The notes under the pieces were generated by a model. The model saw nothing but the letters and a program-made list of their open reading frames with translations, did no database searches and was not told where the DNA came from. A program made the position numbers and the translations under genes. A stretch of 64,000 nt of DNA from an uncultured delta proteobacterium (lineage in GTDB: Bacteria > Myxococcota > Myxococcia > Myxococcales > Myxococcaceae): positions 64,001 through 128,000 of the forward strand of contig CAVYSY010000030.1 in NCBI GenBank assembly GCA_963771175.1, given 5' to 3'. Below are positions 54,364 to 63,216 of this stretch, piece by piece; the stretch's first letter is position 1, and every line of letters starts with the position of its first letter.

Positions 54364-55593
54364 TAGGGCTCCTTCGCCACGCAGGGCCCGACATCATGTT
54401 GGCGACGCACTCGTCGGAGATCATCGCTGAAGCCGAGCCCAACGAGCTACTCCTGATCAACAAGCGTTTCAAGTCCGCGCACCGTGTCTCGGATGCGGAT
54501 GGCGTGCAGAAGGTGCTGGATGCGGTGGGGTCGATCCAGAACCCCACGCTGACCCACCTCGCCAGGACGCGACGTGTGCTGTTCGTCGAGGGAGAGGACT
54601 TCCGGATTCTCCGACGTTTCGCGCGGCGCCTCGGGCTCGACGAACTCTCTAACGGTAATGATTTGACCGTGGTTCCTATTGGCGGCTTCGCGAATTGGGA
54701 GAGGGTCGTGGGGGTTGGATGGGGTATCGGGCGAACACTGGGCCGGCCGCTCGCGCTCAGCATCGTGCTGGATCGGGACTACCGGGCTGATGCCGAGATC
54801 GAGGAAGTACGGGCGAAGTTGGCCGCCCATCTTCAGTTCGTACATCTGCACCGACGTAAGGAGGTTGAGAACTATCTGCTCGTCATTGGGCCTCTGACGC
54901 GGGCAGCATCCGCTGCCATCCGGGAGCGCTCACGGCGTACCGGAGTGACGGTGTCGGAAGTGCCGGATCTCCAGGCACTTCTCATGGAGGTCGCCGACTC
55001 GTTCCAAGGCGAGGTACTCAGCCAGTACCTATCTCGTCGGCAGTCGGCCGAGCAGCGTGGGGGCATCGACGCCGCCACGGCGATCAACCGTGTGCTTTCC
55101 GAGTTCCACGCACGCTGGTCGACGTTGGATGGTCGGATGGAGTTGGTGCCGGGGAAGCGCTGCCTTGCCGCCTTGAATAAGCGTTTGCAGGAACTGCACA
55201 AGATACAGGTGACGGCGACCGCCATCATTGACTCGTTCCACCTCGACGAGGTGCCGGCAGAGGTGCGCGACCTGCTCGCCGGGCTCGACGTCTTCCGACA
55301 GAGTGCCGTGCCATCGGGAGAGGACGTGGCGCAGACTGGATGACTCTTACCTTCCTGGCCGACCTGGAGCGCGATCGGCGGTTCTCCGCCATCCGCTAGG
55401 TGTTCGGCGACTACGTGAAGTTGCCCTCCGAGAGCTGCCCCTCCAGGCGCTCGCGGGCGACAAGGCAGGGCTCAAGTGGCTCCGCCCGCTCGGGCTTCAC
55501 TCCGATGACACCAGCAGGGGCCACACGAAGTGCTTGACACCCTGGCAGAGACACCCGTTGGCTGAAACTCCGTTGGCTGCTCAGGAGGTATGC

Positions 55594-55821
55594 ATGGACT
55601 GGCGATTCGCCGTCGTATCCACGCTGTTGCTCGTCATGTGCACGGGATGTCCTCGCACATGGGGCCGAGGAGGCACCATGGATCGGGCCATGGCGAAGGA
55701 CATTCAGGAGAACCTCCAGCGTCAGAAACAGCCATGCACCTTGAGCGAGGCCGAGTGGGAGGAGCGCTGCGAGGAGCCCGCGGATTGGGAATACTTCGAC
55801 TGCCCACAGGAATGTCGATGA
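55594..55821 (+). CDS. Small lipoprotein
   Basis: AGGAGG RBS, lipobox CTGC, ATGA overlap with the next gene. Confidence 0.7.
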   Translation: MDWRFAVVSTLLLVMCTGCPRTWGRGGTMDRAMAKDIQENLQRQKQPCTLSEAEWEERCEEPADWEYFDCPQECR

Positions 55822-56684
55822 GGTGGCGCACGCTGCTCGCAGTGAGCCTCGGGCTGCTGTTTCCAGTTCCACTGGTCTGGCTGATTCATACGGCTGCGTC
55901 TGGCGAGAACCCGAGTGCTCCAGGGCCGCGAACGATTCCAATGCTCTCCCTGGAGGAGCGCCGGAGCCTGCTGACCTACGAGCGTCCGTGCCAGAAGCCC
56001 GAGGACTGCGAGCCCCCGCTCGCGTGCTTCTTCAATCCGAGGCGGAGGGAGCGCTACTGCACGGATACAACGTGCATGACGGATTCGCAGTGCCCGGAGG
56101 GGTTCGCTTGCCGCGCGCTGGCGCTCGGGCGCGAGGGCCCATTCCTTCGGCTGTGTGCGCTGGTGGGGATGCGAAGGGAGGGCGAAGCCTGCCACGCCCT
56201 GCCGGAGACACCGCGCGAGGGCTGCGAGCAGGGACTCGTCTGCCAGGGCTGGTGCGGTCGTCCCTGCCGGCTGGATGAACCCGCGAGCTGTCCCGAGGGC
56301 TTCTTCTGCGAGGAGGGTCCCCGCGGTGCCTCCTGTCTCCCCACGTGTGATGGCCGCTCATGCCCCGAGGGGCAGCGCTGCGTGCGGGTCGGAGAGCGCA
56401 CTTCGGTCTGCGCGCGGCTCCACGGTGAAGACTGCCAACAGACGCCCTGCCCCGAGCAACAGAGATGTCTCGTGGATTACACCCCGCAGCGCCCGGGTGA
56501 GGCCTGGATGCGGTGTGTCGCCCGCTGCGGCGAGAACGAACGCCCTTGTCCCGAAGGGCTCGTCTGCCACGTCTTCCGTTGCCGCCAGCTCTGCGACCCG
56601 GAGGTCCCCGGAGTGTGCGGCCCCTTCCACCACTGCCACCGCCTCTCCGAGACCGAGCCCTGGGTCTGCCGTCCAGATTACTGA
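55818..56684 (+). CDS. Membrane-anchored Cys-rich repeat protein
   Basis: N-terminal hydrophobic helix; repeated CPEGxxC modules. Confidence 0.75.
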   Translation: MRWRTLLAVSLGLLFPVPLVWLIHTAASGENPSAPGPRTIPMLSLEERRSLLTYERPCQKPEDCEPPLACFFNPRRRERYCTDTTCMTDSQCPEGFACRALALGREGPFLRLCALVGMRREGEACHALPETPREGCEQGLVCQGWCGRPCRLDEPASCPEGFFCEEGPRGASCLPTCDGRSCPEGQRCVRVGERTSVCARLHGEDCQQTPCPEQQRCLVDYTPQRPGEAWMRCVARCGENERPCPEGLVCHVFRCRQLCDPEVPGVCGPFHHCHRLSETEPWVCRPDY

Positions 56685-56685
56685 G

Positions 56686-57291
56686 TTAGCGGGTGCCCGT
56701 CGCCGCGCAGCGGACCATCATCGCTTCCAGATCGCTGCGCGTCTGCGCCAGCGCCTCGCGCCGCAGGTCCTGGCGCAGCGCGCTCGACAGCGAGCGCGAC
56801 AGCGTCTTCACGATGTTCAGCTCCTCCGCCGTCCACCGCCGCTCCTTCTGGCAGTCGTCCAGCCGCAGGAAGCCCCACCACTGCCCGTTGATCGTCCCCA
56901 CGCTGATGGGGCTCAGCATCACCGACTGCACGCCCTGCGCCTCCAGGTTCACCTTCAGCGGGCCCGGGATGTTGCGCACCAGCTCCCAGACCGGCTGTCC
57001 GCGCGAGAGCACCTCCACCCAGCCCGTCATTTGATCCTTCAGCGGGAAGGTCTGGAGCAGCGGCGTCATGGGGGCCACGCCCCACACGCTGCGCATCACC
57101 GACAGGCGCCGGCCCGGCATCGTCGAGGAGCCGTTCTCGTACACCACCGCCCGGTCCACGCCGATCGCACGGCCCACCAGCTCGATGGCGCCCAGCACCG
57201 CCTGCGACGAGAATCCCTGCTCCACCAGCAGCTTCGAGGCCTCGGAGACCTTCGTGAATGCTTCGAGCGACATCGCATCCTCCGTTGCCAA
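56686..57291 (-). CDS. GAF-domain protein
   Basis: VDRAVVYE, QGVQSVMLSPI..WWGFLRLDDC..RRWTAEELNIV. Confidence 0.85.
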   Translation of the reverse strand: MATEDAMSLEAFTKVSEASKLLVEQGFSSQAVLGAIELVGRAIGVDRAVVYENGSSTMPGRRLSVMRSVWGVAPMTPLLQTFPLKDQMTGWVEVLSRGQPVWELVRNIPGPLKVNLEAQGVQSVMLSPISVGTINGQWWGFLRLDDCQKERRWTAEELNIVKTLSRSLSSALRQDLRREALAQTRSDLEAMMVRCAATGTR

Positions 57292-57439
57292 TGAACCCAG
57301 GCATACCCTGGAAGGCCAGTAGCAGCCGCTTTCTTAGCGACTCATGAGTTCATTGAACAGCAAGCTATCTGCGACTGTCAACTCTGTCTGGATTTTCTCA
57401 GCTACTCTGAAATAACTGATTCTCCCAGTGGTGGACAGT

Positions 57440-58870
57440 TCACGGTGAGCGTGGCTGCGCGCCTCCCACGACGCGCTTCACGAGCTGGCCCGCGGGGAGC
57501 GTCTCGCCCGGGGAGACGCCGTTGAGGGTGGCCAGTTCTTCCAGGGGGAGGGTGGAGGGGTAGCGGCCGTTGAACTGCTCCAGCGTCATCGCCTCGGGGA
57601 GCGTCACGAGGTCCAGGCGCGCCGGCTGCACGCCGAGCATCGCCGGGTCGGTCAGCTCGCGAAAGCTGGTGAGGGTGGCGCGGAAGGCCGGCTCATGGGC
57701 GGCGAGCTGGCCGGCGACCGTGTAGCCGATGAGCTGGTACGTCGTGCCGCCGTGGGTGAGGAAGCTCGTCACTCCCTGGACGACCCCCTGCTCCGTACGC
57801 GCCTCGAAGAAGCGCGACTGCGGGGGGAGTCCCCCGGTCGCCACGGCGAGAGGTTGCACGCCCTCCTGCGAGAAGAACTGCCGCAGGGCCTGCTCGGGCG
57901 GGACGTTGCCCACCATGGCGAGCCCCACGAGGGCGTCCTTCCGAGGGCTCACCGCCAGCACCGCCTGCGTCTGGTTGGCCGTCTGCCAGCCCTGGGGGAA
58001 ATCCAACTGGAAGCGCAGCTCCGGGTGGAGGAAGCGTGTGCCCTGGAAGAAGCCCTGCCGGGGGTTCTCCCCATAGGGCATGTCCTGTAGCAGGCGCAGG
58101 TATCGCGCGCGATCCTCCCGCAGGGGGGAGAAGTCCACGTGCAGCCCGGCGAGGCGCTGCTGCGTCTCCTTCAGGCGGTCCCCCGGGTTCGGGTGCGTGG
58201 AGAGCCACGTCGGCAGCCGGCCGCCCTCCTTGGCGCTCACGCGCGAGAGCATCTGGAAGAGGTCCACCATCGCGCGTGCGTCGTAGCGCTCGTTGAGCAT
58301 GTAGCGCAGGCCCAGCTCGTCGGCCTGGGTCTCCGCGTCGCGTCCGTACTTGAGCAGGAGGAGCCCCATCCCGGCCGAGGCCAGCTCGCCGTACTTCGCC
58401 AGGTCCGGCGACAGCACCATGCCCAGTCCCAGTCCGAGCTGCGCGAGCTGCGTCCGGGTGAGCTGTCCGGCCGTGTGCCGCGCGGTGACGTGGCCGATCT
58501 CATGCCCGAGCACCGCCGCCAGCTCCGCCTCGGAGTTCATGTGGGTGAGGATGCCGCGCGTGAGGAAGATGGGGCCGCCGGGCAGCGCGAAGGCGTTCAC
58601 CGCGGGATCGTCCAGTACCTCGAAGCTCCAGGGCAGGTTCGGCCGCTCCGTCTTCGCCGCCAGGCTCTTGCCCACCTGGGCCACGTACTCCTGCACCTGG
58701 GGGTTGGGCAGCAGCCCGATGGTCTGCCGCACGTCCTGGGCGCCCTGCTGGCCAATCTCGATCTCATCCCGCTGTGACACGAGGGAGAACTGGCGCCTGC
58801 CGGTGACGGGGTTGTGGACGCACGCGGACATCGCGAGCAGCAGCGACAGGGCGAGGAGTCGTCGGGACAT
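57440..58870 (-). CDS. M48 family metalloprotease lipoprotein
   Basis: Lipobox MSAC, NPVTG, VNAFALPGG, ELAAVLGHEIGHV, ETQADELG, LSTHP. Confidence 0.92.
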   Translation of the reverse strand: MSRRLLALSLLLAMSACVHNPVTGRRQFSLVSQRDEIEIGQQGAQDVRQTIGLLPNPQVQEYVAQVGKSLAAKTERPNLPWSFEVLDDPAVNAFALPGGPIFLTRGILTHMNSEAELAAVLGHEIGHVTARHTAGQLTRTQLAQLGLGLGMVLSPDLAKYGELASAGMGLLLLKYGRDAETQADELGLRYMLNERYDARAMVDLFQMLSRVSAKEGGRLPTWLSTHPNPGDRLKETQQRLAGLHVDFSPLREDRARYLRLLQDMPYGENPRQGFFQGTRFLHPELRFQLDFPQGWQTANQTQAVLAVSPRKDALVGLAMVGNVPPEQALRQFFSQEGVQPLAVATGGLPPQSRFFEARTEQGVVQGVTSFLTHGGTTYQLIGYTVAGQLAAHEPAFRATLTSFRELTDPAMLGVQPARLDLVTLPEAMTLEQFNGRYPSTLPLEELATLNGVSPGETLPAGQLVKRVVGGAQPRSP

Positions 58871-59024
58871 GGTCCTGGGCGATAGGGATGCGCTCCGCCT
58901 TCGGCCAGCCTCCCCGGAGTCGGGAGGGGGCGATGGTGGACAGAGAGCCGGACTGCGGGGCCGGGCTCGGTTAGCCTCCGGGCATCCGGTGCCGGCCATT
59001 GGGGCCGGAGGGGAGGTCTCGTCG

Positions 59025-59645
59025 ATGGAGAGCCTGGACTCGCGCCTGGAGAACCTGGAGCGCCGCTGCCGCCGCCTGCAGTCCCTGACCTTCGCCGCGC
59101 TCGTGCTGGGGGCGCTCGGGGTGGGCACGGCCACGCTGCGTCCGCTGTCGTCTGGCGGGGAGTTGGTGGCCTCGCGCCTCACCCTGCGGGACGCGCAGGG
59201 CCGCACGCGCGCCACCCTGTCCGCGCAGGGCGGCGAGGGCGGCCTGGTGCTGCACGACGTCCAGGGCCGGCCCCGGGCCCTGCTGGGCGTGGATGCCAGC
59301 GGCTCGCCCCGGCTCCGCTTCGCCACCGCCGAGGGCGCCTCGCTCGCCGAGCTCACCGTCTACTCGGACGAGGCCCCGCGCCTCTCGCTCGGGAAGAACG
59401 GCGGCACCGAGTTCTTCTCCGTGGGGCTCATGTCCGATGGCTCCTCGCGCCTGGAGCTCGCGGACGAGGACGGGCGCCCGCGGGCCATCCTCGGCGCGGA
59501 CGAGCACGGCTCTCCCGGGCTGATGCTCGTGGACCGGAAGGGACAGCCCCGCGCCTCGCTGCGGGTGTCTCCCAAGGACGAGGCGAGCCTCATCCTCGAG
59601 GGACAGGACGGCGCGGTGTTCCGGGCCCCGACTCCCGTGCAGTAG
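59025..59645 (+). CDS. Hypothetical membrane-anchored protein with L-x-L-x-D-x-x-G-x-x-R-A repeats
   Basis: Coiled coil and TM helix, then repeated LRDAQGRTRATL / LHDVQGRPRALL / LADEDGRPRAIL / LVDRKGQPRASL. Confidence 0.75.
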   Translation: MESLDSRLENLERRCRRLQSLTFAALVLGALGVGTATLRPLSSGGELVASRLTLRDAQGRTRATLSAQGGEGGLVLHDVQGRPRALLGVDASGSPRLRFATAEGASLAELTVYSDEAPRLSLGKNGGTEFFSVGLMSDGSSRLELADEDGRPRAILGADEHGSPGLMLVDRKGQPRASLRVSPKDEASLILEGQDGAVFRAPTPVQ

Positions 59646-59815
59646 GCTGCTTCTCCGCGCCGACCGACGAGGGTGACGCCTCCGCCTGCTTCGTGGAGAG
59701 CGCTGGAGGCCCCGGGCTCTCCGACGCCGAGCGCATGCTGCGCATGGTGTTCGCCGCCGCGCGCCGGCGCCTGTGGATCGCCAACGCCTACTTCACCCCG
59801 CCCAAGACCATCTGA
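59645..59815 (+). pseudogene. Internal fragment of a cardiolipin synthase/phospholipase D gene
   Basis: Manual translation: ..GLSDAERMLRMVFAAARRRLWIANAYFTPPKTI*; the N-terminal part and HKD motifs are absent. Confidence 0.7.
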
Positions 59816-59924
59816 AGGGTGGGGTGCGCCTTTATGTGGATGTCCTACGGATGCGCTCCTGCCCGCAGGCGATTCCGCGCGCCAGGTGCGCGAAGCAGGT
59901 TGGCCATGGAATCGTCCCCGGTCG

Positions 59925-60872
59925 TCAGACCTGAGTGAGCTTCCCCATGCTGTCGCAGGTCACGAGCATCTCCTTCTGACTCGTGCTCGGCAGGTAATCC
60001 ACATTGATATTCTTCATGAAGGCGGCCATGTCGTCATTGTCCTCGGACCGCTCCGTCATCTGAGGATTATAGCCTTTCCAGACGGAGGCCTTCTTTTGTT
60101 CGGCATGGTTCCAAGGCGCGGGGACGGCCTTGTACTTCTTGGCGGTCATGAGGTTTTCCCAGAACTGCACCCGCTGGGCGACGCACGCGTAGTTCCTGTA
60201 GCGATAGACCCACCGCATCTCCGCGTAGGTGATTCGCTTTTCCTCGACGGCCTCGAGCGAGTTCCCCACGGAATCGGAGGGGTACTGCGCATGATACTGG
60301 GTGAACTTGTAACCCAGACCGTGCTTCGAGCCGGAGACCACCGGGCCGTAGTCGAGGTTCTTGTCCACGATGAAGTGGATGTTGTAGCCCTTCACGAACA
60401 GCGCCCAGAACAGGCCGGCCTTGCTCGTCCGCTTGAAGCGCGCGTTCCACTGGTAGGGATTGGAGGAACTGGCCGGAGTGTAGCGGGTCTTCTGGATCCA
60501 CTCGATGAAGTCAGCCCGGTCCTGATCCCGGAAATCATTGGTGGTCGAGCCCGAGGCCCAGGTGCTGGGGAGGGCGCTGTTCGAGCTACGGCTGGGGTTC
60601 TTCTGCTTGGAGGCCTCCGTGGGCGTGAAGTCCGTGGCTCTCCCGACCTTCGTTCCCCACGCGACGGCGGGAGTTGGACCCATCGACTGCGTCAGGTAGT
60701 CGATCTTGTGCTGATCGAGCTCGTGTCCGGCCCAGATAGGGAGCTGCTGCGCCTTGTTGATGTAGTCAGTGTAGAAGTAATAGCGCAGCTTCAAATCGCC
60801 GGTATCCAGACCGTAGATCAGATCCCGCTCACCGAACGGGATTTGTGTTCCCTCGACGTACTCGAGCGACAT
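59925..60872 (-). CDS. Hypothetical protein resembling the OspC/TccC-C-terminal toxin catalytic domain
   Basis: DLIYGL, FKRTSKAGL, IHFIVD, ITYAEMRWVYR, VQFW motif series; visibly lower GC than the flanks. Confidence 0.6.
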   Translation of the reverse strand: MSLEYVEGTQIPFGERDLIYGLDTGDLKLRYYFYTDYINKAQQLPIWAGHELDQHKIDYLTQSMGPTPAVAWGTKVGRATDFTPTEASKQKNPSRSSNSALPSTWASGSTTNDFRDQDRADFIEWIQKTRYTPASSSNPYQWNARFKRTSKAGLFWALFVKGYNIHFIVDKNLDYGPVVSGSKHGLGYKFTQYHAQYPSDSVGNSLEAVEEKRITYAEMRWVYRYRNYACVAQRVQFWENLMTAKKYKAVPAPWNHAEQKKASVWKGYNPQMTERSEDNDDMAAFMKNINVDYLPSTSQKEMLVTCDSMGKLTQV

Positions 60873-61175
60873 GCGTCAGCCTCCAGAAAGGCTCTGTGGT
60901 GGGCACAGGGCGGCCAGCGAGTCCGCGCGCTCACCACGGCACCTGCCCACGGCAGGCACACCACCGAGAGTCGGGTCGCCGCGCTTCAACGCGGAGGGTT
61001 CCTAGGAGCGGGAACCATGGAATGCAGGCATTTCTGGGTCAGCTCATATCACTTCCAGGGGCGGAAGAAAACCCGCGAAGGAGCGAGGTGCGCCCGATGA
61101 ACCAGGCCCCCAATCAGTTCCTTTGCGCGGCGAGTGACGCAGATGCTCGCTCCGAACCGTTGAGTCCGCGGGGAC

Positions 61176-61880
61176 TCAGCGCGGGTTGCGCACGCCCACC
61201 TGCTGGCACATGGACAGCAGCGGGCACGTCGAGCACTTCGGCCGCGTGCCCGTGCACACGTGCTTGCCGAAGGGTACCAGCAGCCGGTTGAGCTCCACCC
61301 AGTGCGCCCGTGGGAGCTTCGCCTCCAACGCGGCCAGCGTCTGCTCGGGCGTGCGTGCCTGGACGTAACCCCAGCGGTTCGTCACCCGGTGCACGTGGAC
61401 GTCCACGCTGATGCGCTCCTGCCCACAGGCGATTCCGAGCGCCAGGTGCGCGCACTTGGGGCCCACGCCCTTGAAGGACTGCAACACCTCCGCGTCGCCC
61501 GGCAGGTCGCCGCCGAACTCCTCCACCGTTCGTACCGCGATGGCGTGGATCGTCTTCGCCTTCGGCTCGGGGAACGTCACCGGGCGGATGAGGGAGGCGA
61601 GCCGCTCCGGCCCCAGACGGCGCATCGCCTCGGGCGTGCGGGCCTGGGACAGCAGCCGGAGCGACACGGGCAGCGACACCTCATCCCGCGTGCGGATGGA
61701 GAGGATGCAGCCCACGAGCTGCTCGAAGAGGCTCGTGTGGCCGCGCGCCGCCAGCTCGAACATGGCGGCGTCCGCGAACCCCTGGATGGACTCGCGCACC
61801 CGCGTCAGTGCCACCTCGATGTCGAAGGGCTCCTTGTCCGCGCGTCTACTGGGAGCCCGCCTTGGAGCTGCCGGGGGCAT
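61176..61880 (-). CDS. nth: Endonuclease III (HhH-GPD)
   Basis: FEQLVGCILSIRTRD, GVGPKCA, VDVHVHRVTNRWG, C-terminal CTGTRPKCSTCPLLSMC Fe-S motif. Confidence 0.92.
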   Translation of the reverse strand: MPPAAPRRAPSRRADKEPFDIEVALTRVRESIQGFADAAMFELAARGHTSLFEQLVGCILSIRTRDEVSLPVSLRLLSQARTPEAMRRLGPERLASLIRPVTFPEPKAKTIHAIAVRTVEEFGGDLPGDAEVLQSFKGVGPKCAHLALGIACGQERISVDVHVHRVTNRWGYVQARTPEQTLAALEAKLPRAHWVELNRLLVPFGKHVCTGTRPKCSTCPLLSMCQQVGVRNPR

Positions 61881-62076
61881 GGAGCTGCCTCTTGTCTTCC
61901 TTCCCGGGCTTGTTGGGGCCTCCGTGCGTGCCGAACTCGCCCACGTTGCGATGCTTGGGATACTCCTCGTCCGACAGGCGCTCCCGGCCTTGACCCGAGA
62001 CGTCACCCGAGTCGACCTTCGGGTGCAGCTTCTCCTTGTCCGCGTCGGAATGCAGCTTTCCCTTGTCCTGTGCCAT
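61846..62076 (-). CDS. Small hydrophilic hypothetical protein
   Basis: AGGAGG-like RBS before MAQDKGKLHSDADKEKLHP; overlaps the nth start. Confidence 0.5.
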   Translation of the reverse strand: MAQDKGKLHSDADKEKLHPKVDSGDVSGQGRERLSDEEYPKHRNVGEFGTHGGPNKPGKEDKRQLHAPGSSKAGSQ

Positions 62077-62177
62077 TCGGGCACCTCCCTTTCTGGGAGG
62101 AAGATGGGGATGCCCGATGGACGTGGCTCCCGGACGCCGCCGCGTCGCCGAGCGGGTAGGTGACCGGGCGTTTGTCC

Positions 62178-62465
62178 TCAATCCAGGAAGCGGCGCTCCC
62201 AGCGGAGCATCTCCTCGGGGTTCATGGTGCCGTAGGACAATTTCCAGTGATGGAGGTGGGGCTCGAGGAGCCGGGCGAGCGCGCGGTGGAGGGGGAGCGT
62301 CTGGCCCGCCTCCACGTCGCCTGGCTCTGGCTGCTCGCCGAGCGTGACGAGCACCCGGCCTCCGCTCAGCTCCTGGAGGGAGACTCCCGGGAGGGACAGG
62401 TGCTCGCGCAGGCCGGCCAGACCGCCGAGCTTCCCGAGTACCGGCTGCCCGAGGAAGTTCAGCAA
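62178..62465 (-). pseudogene. C-terminal remnant of a DUF3396/type VI immunity-like protein
   Basis: LNFLGQPVLGKLGG..LVTLGEQPEPGD..LPLHRALARLLEP..MLRWERRFLD; the upstream frame is closed by the GNAT gene stop. Confidence 0.7.
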
Positions 62466-62504
62466 GCCTTCACGGGCCAGGGCGCGCTGCCCTGAGGCCG
62501 CGGC

Positions 62505-63005
62505 TCAACCCACCCGCAGGTCGAGCGCGTACCAGCGGTCGCAGCCGAAGTGGCCCGTGGCACCCATGGGACGCGGCAGCGGCTGGAAGCCCAGGCGGCG
62601 GTACAGCTTCTGCGCCTGACTCATCCCCGCCAGTGTCTCCAGGTAGCAGGTCCGGTAGCCCGCCTCTCGGGCGAACGCGAGGCACTGGCGCAGCAGGCGC
62701 TCACCCACGCCGCGTCCACGGGCTTCCGGCAGGAAGTACATCTTCCGCAGCTCGCAGATGCCCGGCTCGCCGCCGTCCAGCGGCGCGATGCCGCCTCCGC
62801 CCACCACCCGGCCCGTCCCATCCTCCACCACCCAGTAGGCGCGGCCCTCGCGTGAGTAGGCCGCGCTCATTCCGTCCACCTCCGGGTCGTGGATGGCGAA
62901 TCCCGGCCCGCTCGCTCCGAATTCCGGCATCACCGTCCGGATGACCGCCGCCATCGCCGCGTCGTCTCGCGGCTCGATGGGGCGCAGCTTCAGTTCAGTG
63001 CTCAT
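62505..63005 (-). CDS. GNAT family acetyltransferase
   Basis: VVGGGG, CELRKMYFLPEARGRGVG, CYLET, LYRRLGF. Confidence 0.92.
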   Translation of the reverse strand: MSTELKLRPIEPRDDAAMAAVIRTVMPEFGASGPGFAIHDPEVDGMSAAYSREGRAYWVVEDGTGRVVGGGGIAPLDGGEPGICELRKMYFLPEARGRGVGERLLRQCLAFAREAGYRTCYLETLAGMSQAQKLYRRLGFQPLPRPMGATGHFGCDRWYALDLRVG

Positions 63006-63216
63006 GGTGGGTGCAACGTTCCACGGCGTCCGCCCCGAGGCCAGCGCTCTCCGGGGGGGGCGGGAGGCTCGTACCCGGAGTGTGAGTCTCTCCCGCCTGT
63101 GTAGGGGAGGAGACAGGGCCCCATGGCCCGCCGCGTCAGTGTCGCGGGGAGGTGGATTTCGCGAGGGGGGCGCCCCTATACACCCGCCCGGGAAGTCCCT
63201 CCCGGAGACATCGCAC

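Larger units (their letters stand above)
52303..55343 (+). pseudogene. OLD-family-like ATPase-TOPRIM nuclease interrupted by IS630
   Basis: Walker A GANNSGKST and LVLDEPETYLHP before the IS; ATHS, FVEGEDF, LDRD, EVENYLL after it. Removing the IS and one TA restores one 610-codon frame (..QRKLL-GLLRHA..). Confidence 0.88.

Noticed and set aside
54258..54365. N-terminus of ORF 54258-55343 as a real gene start
   Set aside because: The first 36 codons come from the IS end; the remainder is the C-terminal half of the interrupted nuclease.
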